Shown piece by piece: positions 44,909 to 53,934 of a stretch of DNA of 64,000 nucleotides. A program made the translations under genes and the position numbers. Below the pieces are notes generated by a model. The model saw only the letters and a list, made by a program, of their open reading frames with translations, made no database searches and was not told where the DNA came from. Position 1 is the stretch's first letter. Each line of letters opens with the position of its first letter. Origin of the DNA: Tetramitus jugosus (taxonomy: Eukaryota; Protista; Heterolobosea); the NCBI GenBank assembly GCA_937625935.1, contig OW569356.1:124001-188000 (forward strand). The letters are read 5' to 3'.

Positions 44909-45434
44909 GAAAGAGTTTTGACTTCCGTAACTCTGTGGTCCGACTGGAAGACGTTCTCCTACCGGAACGTGTAGTGTTTCTTGATATACTCAAGTGGTCT
45001 GTGATACCTACGAGGAACCATCAAAGGACATGTAACGGGTTAAATTTCGAACACCGATTTTGAAACCGGAGATTTTTTCGGAGTTCGGAACAAACGACCT
45101 AATCTTGGCCCGATTTTGAAATTCGATATAGAAATTGGAGATTTTGATATGAATCTCCAATGAAACAATCTCTGGAAGAAGAGAACAGAATATTATTTGA
45201 TACTACTGAAGAATTTATCAATGACAAGTAGCAGTTCCGTTTCAATATAATAACAAAAATAAATTGTTCTTTAATCCCAAGATTTGTTTCGTAGTCCAAT
45301 TCTAGTGGTGAGCTTGTTGGGGACTCAATACCCTGGTGTGAAGACTTGTCACCCTTGTGACAACTTTCAAAATCGATGGAGGCAGTCACAAGCTTGGCGA
45401 AGTTGATCATCAATTTCATCTCCCCTACACCACT

Positions 45435-47840
45435 TCACTTAGTGTTCCAATACCCGCTCCTACTTGAATGGAATCGAGATACTCCAATAGTACGAATCCA
45501 TTCTTTGTCCCACAACTGTTGTGATATGAGGAATTGATATTGATCGTGTTCTTGGCTAGTGACAGTCACAATAACATTCTCTCCTTCTGTGATTAGGTTG
45601 ACAGAATGAGATTTGTTTGATTGGGGTGAGCAGTAATCAAATAAAATGTTTGTACCTCGATAAGGAATATCGCTGTTCATTCGGAGGGAGGCTATGGTGT
45701 GCGTCTGCTCGAGAACAGCAAGGACTCCATATTGGTGAGAATAGAGAGCTGTCGATAATTTCGTGTGCTGGGAAGCTCTAGCCAATGATAACACTCGAAG
45801 ATCGTTGATTCTGAACCTGGGCTTGTGGATAACAGGATGTGCCAACATCAAATATTTAAAGGAATGTTCGGCGGGGATTGTATTGCTTTTTGATTTCGAG
45901 ATTGTAGACAAAACAGACCCTCTGGCGACTATTAGGGCATGTTGCATTGTCTTTCGGAATGATTGTTCTACATGTCCAATAGATTGGCAAAAAGACACTA
46001 AGTTCGGGTAGTAGCTGAGTTGTGTCTTCCAAATAAAATCAGATCTTCTCAGTATGCAATAAAAGCCTTGATTGACAAACTCCATTGTTAAAATATCTCG
46101 AATAGATAAGAAGGAACATATCTCAAGCAGTAAATCAATAGGCAATAATCCTAGATCTCCAATTGATGATTGGATATCCCCTCGAGGACTCATAATTGGT
46201 AATGTGGAGTGTCCAGCAACGGGATTCATCACAACCTCGTCAGGCAACTTTGATTTCTTTGTGAACTTCAGCTGTTTGGACTTTTGTACGGGGTGACTCT
46301 CATTGTTGACCACGAGTTCATTGCCACCCCTCCTATTCAACTCTGTATTGATCATATTGACTATCTGTTGAACAGTATCTTGCAAATGCGAAAGATTTAC
46401 ACTCTGAAGAGTTGTGTTGTGTCTACACAGAATAGAGTACAACTGTTTCATTGATTGATGTGTCAACCTCTCATTTCCTCGAAGATCCAAGTGAGTGAGT
46501 GTTCGGTTGGACTTTAAACTCTCAAACAGAAAATAGAAACCCCAGTTGTTGCTATCATAGATAAATTGTTCGAACTGAGTAATATCGAGTTCTGTCAGAG
46601 CTTGTTGTGAGATTGAAAGAGATTTCAGACTCTGATTTTTGGAGAGCATCTCACTCAGTGCAATCAAGCCTTCGTCATGTTTGCTCCATATTGATTCGTG
46701 GTGTGGTGCATTCCCCACAACATAATTGTTTGATGATAAATCAATCGACTCCAAAGTGTCATTCTCCAACAATGCGTGACAGATATGTCTAAAACCAAGT
46801 AATTCAATTCCATTCCCTCTCAAGTTCAATATCTTTAGACTCTTGTTCTTTCGCAGTGCAGATGCAATGCAATATGCGCCCATATCTCCTATTGTGTTCT
46901 CTGCCAAATTAAGCTCGGTCAACGTACATCTTCGATTCGAAAGCTTGTTTTGAAGAGCAATCAAGCCATCACTAGGTTCAGAGGTAATTGTCATGACTCG
47001 TGGACGTGTGAGTCTATTCTGATACAACAGAAGACTCGAAATGCATCCAAAGGATTGACTTGAATTGCAAAACGCTGCTAGAGCTGTCGAATCAAGACCA
47101 GTTTTCGCCAAATTGAGCAACTGTATGCAATTCTCTTCTATCTTTCTGGGTGAATGCTTACTATCCTGTCCTGAAGAGTTGCGATCGTTCTGTTTCTGAC
47201 GCCTCTTCTCGTCTTTATCTTCATAATTGTGAAAGTTCATTTCAGCAACAAATCGTCCCAGCTTTTTCATGGCAGTTTCATTGGCAATATGATTCCAGCC
47301 CAAATTGAGAGTCTTAATGTTGACAAGTGATACTTGAGCAACAGAAAGAATAACCTCCAACAATTCCTGAATGTTCCCACCACCCAGCTCATTGCCAGAG
47401 AAGTTGAATTCAAATTGAGTCATCCTCTGCTTGGTCGATCTCGTATGCTGCAGCACCGATGACACCAAGTCAACATATGCCTGAATTGTCTTGGCCAGAA
47501 CAGGGAACACATCATCAGTCAAGTGATTGTTCTGTGCTTGAATCAGAATTTGGGTATTTCGATAACTACGTCCATCTGCTGCTGGTGCAGAACTGTTGTG
47601 TCTCAACAATTGTTTAATTGAGTGTCTATGGTGAGTGAGTTTGGTTTCCAGAGTATCCGAGAATTCTCTGGAGGTGATCCCTCTGTGGTTGACACGAACC
47701 ATCAAATCGCTTGAGCCGTTCGCGGTGTTAGCTTCATTCTTCTTCTTGTGCTTGCCATCGTGTTCTTGATCTGCAGATCCCCTTTGCTTCTTCTTTGATT
47801 GGCCGCCATGTTTCGCGACAGAAGAACTCTTCTTTGCCAT
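45435..47840 (-). CDS. RNI-like leucine-rich-repeat protein with an internal F-box-like motif (paralogue B)
   Basis: Tandem duplicate of 37470-39848 with long identical stretches. First ATG at 47840; the frame is open to 47870 and beyond. Confidence 0.85.
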   Translation of the reverse strand: MAKKSSSVAKHGGQSKKKQRGSADQEHDGKHKKKNEANTANGSSDLMVRVNHRGITSREFSDTLETKLTHHRHSIKQLLRHNSSAPAADGRSYRNTQILIQAQNNHLTDDVFPVLAKTIQAYVDLVSSVLQHTRSTKQRMTQFEFNFSGNELGGGNIQELLEVILSVAQVSLVNIKTLNLGWNHIANETAMKKLGRFVAEMNFHNYEDKDEKRRQKQNDRNSSGQDSKHSPRKIEENCIQLLNLAKTGLDSTALAAFCNSSQSFGCISSLLLYQNRLTRPRVMTITSEPSDGLIALQNKLSNRRCTLTELNLAENTIGDMGAYCIASALRKNKSLKILNLRGNGIELLGFRHICHALLENDTLESIDLSSNNYVVGNAPHHESIWSKHDEGLIALSEMLSKNQSLKSLSISQQALTELDITQFEQFIYDSNNWGFYFLFESLKSNRTLTHLDLRGNERLTHQSMKQLYSILCRHNTTLQSVNLSHLQDTVQQIVNMINTELNRRGGNELVVNNESHPVQKSKQLKFTKKSKLPDEVVMNPVAGHSTLPIMSPRGDIQSSIGDLGLLPIDLLLEICSFLSIRDILTMEFVNQGFYCILRRSDFIWKTQLSYYPNLVSFCQSIGHVEQSFRKTMQHALIVARGSVLSTISKSKSNTIPAEHSFKYLMLAHPVIHKPRFRINDLRVLSLARASQHTKLSTALYSHQYGVLAVLEQTHTIASLRMNSDIPYRGTNILFDYCSPQSNKSHSVNLITEGENVIVTVTSQEHDQYQFLISQQLWDKEWIRTIGVSRFHSSRSGYWNTK

Positions 47841-48023
47841 CTTCTTTGTCTCTTTTTTTCTTCCATCCACCTGGTAATCTTGTTGTTTGTTCCTGGTTCA
47901 ATTTCAGACTGTAACATCGAATAAAAGAAAAGGGGACTGCCACACTGCGTCCTCGCAAAGATGGACATAAATCCGTAACCTGATACCTGATGCTTATGCT
48001 TAAATAAAAAATTTGATCTTTAC

Positions 48024-50151
48024 TTAGTCGTTCTTCTTATCCTTGAACTTTTCAATGCTGTTGGCAATAGCATCCAAAAATTTAAATTTCTTCTCTGGAT
48101 CAAACAGACTGCTGTCTGCTTGCACTCTATCCAAGTCTCTCTTGAGCTCAGCAATCTTATTTTGAATACGTTGCTCCATCTTTGGAATGGCCTCAAGTTT
48201 TGAGGCAAGACCAGGTGAACTGGCAATTTTCTTCATTTGTGGATGAGAGGCAATAGCAGACTTGAATCTATGCAATTCACTGCTAATACCACCATGTTCT
48301 CTCAATGCATCCTTACCATAAATCTTGTTCATGTGAGGCTTCTCAACAAGGGTGACGAATAACCAGTTGACTGCTTGAGTGAACACTGCCAAGCCAAATA
48401 CGAGCCATGAGTGAGAAATGAGAGCTAAACCAAAGTATGCAGCAAATCCCAAGACAATCTCTGGATTGTTCAAATAACGATAGATTCCAGTGTAGAGCAA
48501 TCTTGTAGTAATTTGTTCACTTGGGTCAACGAAAAAGTCGCCATAGAACCATCCGAAATCACCGAGCACTTCATAAGCACTGAACGATTGCCAAATGTTC
48601 AACAAGATCAAGACAACACCTGCTACAACTTGGAGAACACTTCTCCATTGGAATGAATAATCGTAACCGTTGACCAACATTCTCATTGCAAATGTTACAA
48701 ACACTGCATGATTAATAGTCAAACTAAAGTTGTACAGTCTCTTCCAGCTCTTGAATGCATTTTGCTTTGTTTCTCCTCTCTTCTCAAACAATTTTGTATA
48801 GAATTGAGAGAGGGACTGTGCGTTCAACACCAATCCCAAGAATCCATTGTGGAACAGACGCCAGAACACAACATGACAAAAGTGGAACAATGTTGACTCG
48901 ATAGAGAAGCTCAACACAATCACATAAATTGTGGCAACAAACAAAACAAAGTCAGAGGCACGCAAAAAGTCAATGTTGAACAACAAGACATTTTCCTTTC
49001 TCTGAGCATTGGAGTAACCTGTGAAATCACAAACAGGAAAACAAAATTATGTGTCAATCTCTATCGTGAACGAGTGACTTTCACACAACAACAACAACAA
49101 CGACCAAAAGACAATAAAACGTACCCTTCTCAACCATTTGTGAATTGACAGCTTGCTTGTGATCATCACTAAAAGTCGATCCATAAATCTTTTCAATGTG
49201 TGGATTCTCAACAAACACGAGGAACAACAATTGCAACATGTGCGCACAGAAGCTGACAACAATGACTTGCTTGCTTCTCGTAATCAATCCCAATCCATAA
49301 TAAAAGGCATAACCAACAGTGTACATTGGATGAGGGAACATTTGGAAAATACCATCAAAAATCAAATCCTTCTTGAACAAAAAGAAGAAATCTCCCCAAT
49401 ACCAAGCATAATCACCCAAGACTCTGTGTGCATCGGATTTGGCCCACACATTGAACACGCACAAACCAATACCAACAATGTAAAGTACAAGATCAAAGAG
49501 ACCAAATGCCTCTGGAGCTTCAATGTGAGCAATACAAAAGGCCAAATAAGTGGTCAAATCCGTACCCAACACCAAATCTACAATCACTCGGTAAGCAATC
49601 CAAGAGTTGAACTCTGTTGGATAGTCCTTTAGCTTGTAAGCTTTTCCTTCCTTTGTGCTCACATTGTTCTCAAAGAGCTTGAGGCACTCTGGAGAAGAGT
49701 TGACCCACTTGGTGAAAGCTTTTGAGAATCGTTGACCATTGGATTGCACGTGTAAAATGTATCCAAGACCTACATTGTAAGCCAATCTCCAGAAAATGTA
49801 TGAAACCATGTAAAACTAAAAAAACAGAGTCAGTCCGTCTATCCAATCATCCAATCATAATAAAGAAAGAAAAAATGAATGAAAAAAAAAACGTACCCAT
49901 TTAGGAGTGTTGGTGGTCAAGAGGAAAATGTAGAAAATAATGAGACCCAATTGGATCATCACTGGTATTTCAGTCCACTTTTTTGGAGTGAGGAGCGTCT
50001 CGATACAATCATAGGTTTCTGGAACATTGAATTCAACACCGTCTGCAATACCAACGGCTGTGTTGGTGGTAGTGGTGGTGACAGAAGAAGAAGGATTGGA
50101 ATCACTTGGTGATGGTGGTTGAGCCACCTTGTCTGTTGGACCTGAAGACAT
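48024..50151 (-). CDS. CHO2: Phosphatidylethanolamine N-methyltransferase, Cho2/Pem1 type with duplicated PEMT domains (3 exons: 50151-49897, 49815-49125, 49018-48024)
   Basis: FWRLAYNVGLGYIL, DAHRVLGDYAWYWGDFF, FDGIFQMFPHPMYTVGY, VENPHIEKIY. Second repeat LGDFGWFYGDFF, YTGIYRYLNNPE, VEKPHMNKIYG. Two GTACG...AG introns. Confidence 0.92.
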
Positions 50152-50427
50152 GCTAATTAGTTTTCACACAAGTGTTTTTTCACGCGACTTTTTTATTTTC
50201 CTTGGCGCCAGCGCTTCAAGAAGACACTTGGCTGGACCCTTACAAAATGATAGTCCGATGCCAGCTCATCCAATCTTTAGCGGGGATCTTTTCAAAATTT
50301 CGCGATTGAATGATCAATCGGAGGATCTTCCCACTGGAACATTGCTCGCGAGTTCATTGCGTTATTGTTAGTTTTCTCCTCCTTTCCAGGTAAAAACCAA
50401 AATTCACCACCCAACAATACCAGGTCA

Positions 50428-51432
50428 ATGTCAAGCATGAGTGCGCAAGAGTACGACCCAACACTTGAACTGAATGAACTTTTGTTTGGTCACGAAGATA
50501 TTTTGGTTCACTCCATTCTCACTTGTCTCTCGCCTCTGGAATTGTTGGATGTTGCTTCGACGTGCCACTACATGAACAATCTCATTTTCAAGGATGAGTT
50601 TGGTGAGAACAGTATGTGGATCTTTAAAAAGTTGTGTGAACGCGATGTGATTCAAGAGTTGAAGCTTCAACAAGAGAGGAGCAATGCCATTTCAATGTAT
50701 GAGGAACCTGAGCTTAACAATGAGAATGAGGAAAAAGCAGTTGGAGCTGTAGGTTCGTCCTTGTCGTTGGAAAAGTTGGCACTTGTAGAGCAACAGCTGA
50801 ACGAGCAGTTGAGAGAATATGGAACTTATAGGCGATTGTTCATGAACTTGTTTTGTACTTATTGCTTCGATGTGAGTCGTCAGAAAATTCCATCTCCTGA
50901 TATTTACAATCGCAACTACTTTGAGCGGAACAATACAATATTTTCTTGTTATCAAACGTGGCACACTGCTGTTGCAAAGAAGAAGCTCTTGCCAGGATCT
51001 GTAGAAAAATGGAAATTTATTGTTGAGAAATACGAGAAGGGAACAAATTCGTTCGAGATGATTATTGGAGCGATTGTTCCCATCGATAAAGTAGAGTATA
51101 GGCCTGATGAAGGCTCTTCTCACTTCTCCCCAACAACCTTTGGTGTTGGTATGAGTGTAGCCGATTGGGCAGAGAGAGTTGGATCAAACAGTGTAAGATT
51201 ACCAGAGCGCATCACTACAGAGACCGAGAGAGGACATGAATTCGGTTTCATTTTCGACTACAGAGAGAAGGTACCATCAATGGATATTTATTTCAATGGT
51301 AAACTCATAATTCAAGGTCTGAAACCACCAATGAGCACGAATGATCGAGATCTAGTGTTTCATCCAGCAGTTTCCCTCTGTACCAAGAAATCTGTCAGAA
51401 TCGCTCCTTGGTTGACAACCAAAGGCAAATAG
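50428..51432 (+). CDS. F-box + SPRY-like domain protein
   Basis: EDILVHSILTCLSPLELLDVASTCHYMN is F-box-like. The beta-rich C-terminus EMIIGA...FGFIFDY...IYFNGK...FHPAVSL is SPRY-like. Confidence 0.75.
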   Translation: MSSMSAQEYDPTLELNELLFGHEDILVHSILTCLSPLELLDVASTCHYMNNLIFKDEFGENSMWIFKKLCERDVIQELKLQQERSNAISMYEEPELNNENEEKAVGAVGSSLSLEKLALVEQQLNEQLREYGTYRRLFMNLFCTYCFDVSRQKIPSPDIYNRNYFERNNTIFSCYQTWHTAVAKKKLLPGSVEKWKFIVEKYEKGTNSFEMIIGAIVPIDKVEYRPDEGSSHFSPTTFGVGMSVADWAERVGSNSVRLPERITTETERGHEFGFIFDYREKVPSMDIYFNGKLIIQGLKPPMSTNDRDLVFHPAVSLCTKKSVRIAPWLTTKGK

Positions 51433-51469
51433 AATACACTCCATTGTTTTATGTACATTCTTTCATGAT

Positions 51470-53209
51470 TTATTGAACTTGCAAGACTCCTGCTGCAATC
51501 AACTTGTTCACCTTTTCGGCAATGTATGGGTTGGATAAGTGATGTTTTGCGGCTGCTGGATCGGTACCCAAATCGTTCAAAACTTGTCTCATTGAAGGAT
51601 CCTGCAAGATGGCTTGAATCTCAGGATCTTCTTGAGCTCTTCGCAATCTTTCTTCATCTCTCTGTCCACCAGAGCTGGAGATGGCTAAGACAACCTTTGC
51701 TTTTCCTTGTTTAAGTTCTTCATTGTTAGGATCGAGTTTCAATCCATTGTCATATGCTTCAATGGCCTTGTGATACTCTTTCATAGCGAAATGGCATTGA
51801 CCCTTTCTAGCATATGCTCTAACGTATGTTGGATCAAGCTCCAAGCAACGATCAGCATCCTTCAATGCATGAGGGAAAGTTGCCAACTTGATGTATGTAG
51901 TAGCACGATTCAGGTATAATTTGGCATCATTTGGGTTTCTCTTGATACCTTCATTGTACTCCTTGATCGCTTCAGGGAAGTTTTTCTCTTGGAAGAATGC
52001 ATTTCCCTTTTGTCTATGTTGTTCGGCAATCTCTGGGTTAATGTAAGCCAGTTCTTCATGCTTTCTCAACAATTGTTCGGCTTGCATCTTTCTTTGGACA
52101 ACTTCTCTGTTTCTGTGCTCAGTCAATGATTCTTCATAGTATTCGATAGCCTTCTTATAATTCTCCATTCTAAAGTAAGCGTTACCGATACGGGCCAAAG
52201 CTTTGGCAATCATTTGGAATTCAGCGTGTTGCTTTCTTCCTACTTCCAAAGCTTCTTCAGCATACTTGATACCCTCTTCTAGTTTACCCATCTCCATGAG
52301 GCAAGCAGCAGCGTTCAAGCGGTATACCATCTCATTTGGATTCAACTCGATAGCCTTCAGGTAGTGAGGCAATGCTTGTTCGTATTGTTTTTTCGTAAAG
52401 AATTCATTACCCTTGTTCTTCTCTTGCAGAGCAGGATCAGTTTGCAATTTGGTCTTTGCTTCCTCTTCCTTTCTCTTCTTTTCCTCTTCTTCTTGCTTTT
52501 GCTTTCTCAATCTCTCTTCTTGTTCACGATTTCTTCTCTCAATCTCCTCTCTTCTCCTCAGCTCTTCACTGTTGTCTTCCTCTTCATTTTCATCACCTGC
52601 CATCTTGGCATTGAAACCCTTGGCTTGCAACAATGCCAAAACAACTTGCATAAATCTTTGATCGGTTTGCATGAGTGAATTGAGCATGGATGTATCCTTT
52701 TGTGCCATTTTCAACTTTGCGACAAAATCTTGATCTTTCAACAGAGGAGACAACTCTGGATTCGTAGCCAAAACAGTCCACATATTCTCATCAAACAAGT
52801 TTGCAAAAGGATTTCCCTTTGTTTGTTGTTGTTCTTGTTGTTTTTGAAGAGCAGCTTGAACATCATTCAATGTCTTATTGAGTTGTGCCTGGGTTGCTGC
52901 GTCTGGATTGTTCAAAAGTCCCTTGTTCAATGTGTCGATCGCTTCTTCCAACTTTCCTAATCCGTACAGTGCTTGGCCACATCTCAGATAACCCTTGGCC
53001 CATCCACTGTTGAGACTGATTGTCTTTTGAGCATCTTCGTATGCAGCTTGATAATTCTTTTGTTGCAGGTAAGCAGTACATCTGTTTGAATACAATACAT
53101 AGTTGGATGAGTCGAGCTTGATGCCTTCAGAGTACATGTTGATGGCAGTGGTCATGTCACCCTTCTTCAATGCATCATTTCCTTTTTCTTTATATTCGTC
53201 TGCAGACAT
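51470..53209 (-). CDS. STI1: Hsp70-Hsp90 organising protein STI1/HOP
   Basis: TPR1-DP1-TPR2A-TPR2B-DP2 order: KEKGN...LYSNR...WAKGY, IAKALARIGNAY, YINPEIAEQHRQKGN, DPEIQAILQDP...KLIAAGV. Confidence 0.96.
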   Translation of the reverse strand: MSADEYKEKGNDALKKGDMTTAINMYSEGIKLDSSNYVLYSNRCTAYLQQKNYQAAYEDAQKTISLNSGWAKGYLRCGQALYGLGKLEEAIDTLNKGLLNNPDAATQAQLNKTLNDVQAALQKQQEQQQTKGNPFANLFDENMWTVLATNPELSPLLKDQDFVAKLKMAQKDTSMLNSLMQTDQRFMQVVLALLQAKGFNAKMAGDENEEEDNSEELRRREEIERRNREQEERLRKQKQEEEEKKRKEEEAKTKLQTDPALQEKNKGNEFFTKKQYEQALPHYLKAIELNPNEMVYRLNAAACLMEMGKLEEGIKYAEEALEVGRKQHAEFQMIAKALARIGNAYFRMENYKKAIEYYEESLTEHRNREVVQRKMQAEQLLRKHEELAYINPEIAEQHRQKGNAFFQEKNFPEAIKEYNEGIKRNPNDAKLYLNRATTYIKLATFPHALKDADRCLELDPTYVRAYARKGQCHFAMKEYHKAIEAYDNGLKLDPNNEELKQGKAKVVLAISSSGGQRDEERLRRAQEDPEIQAILQDPSMRQVLNDLGTDPAAAKHHLSNPYIAEKVNKLIAAGVLQVQ

Positions 53210-53934
53210 TTTGTTGTTTGTTTGTTGGTGTTTGTTGTTGTTGCTGATTTTGCTTGTTGTTTCTTTGATCAAAGTTTTGAGGTACAACCTGTTGGCTGGG
53301 GGTTTTGATCAAGGAAAGAAGTCACATTCCGGCCGGAAATTCTTTTTCAACCAATTCGATGAACTCGCGATCTTGCTGTTTCTCCGTTCAGAAGTTCAAT
53401 TTCTCTTTCTGACTGGCCTCAAATGTCTAGGCCATGAACCTGTGATACCAAGGACGTCCTTGGTTAACGACCGAGACACAATTCTCCACGTTTTGTATCG
53501 AAATCCCTCTTCCACTCGACTCTGAAACCAACTTGAGATATACTGGAAGGAATCTGACATCGGAGTTTTCACTTCCCATTAGATGAAATTGTGTCCCGAC
53601 CACAACAAAAACAAAAGCAAACGAGCAGAGACCTCTTCACTCTATAAACAACAACACATTCAGGTTCAATTTTCAGTCGCCAACCCTGACACCACCAGCG
53701 AACAATAAGAACATCAATAGATAAATTGCATGTTTTGTGAAGAGTTTACTTCCATTTACGAACAATCACACTATTATTATTATTGAGATATCGTCCAACA
53801 TACCACTTTATAATTGTTGGAGAGAATCAGCTTATCATTGACTACAAAACAACAACAACAATTGATATATTCCCAAGTTATTGGATATACAATACTACGC
53901 AAACAAAAAGTTGACATTTGAAAAAAACAAAACG

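Noticed and set aside
45099-45419. 106-aa ORF next to LRR paralogue B, and short ORFs in 39850-41740
   Set aside because: No motifs, and they lie in decayed repeat-rich sequence. Not supportable as genes.
53678-53692. CCAACCCTGA as a telomerase RNA template
   Set aside because: It does not give 1.5 copies of CCCTAA, and it lies on the strand less favoured by the G-U pattern.
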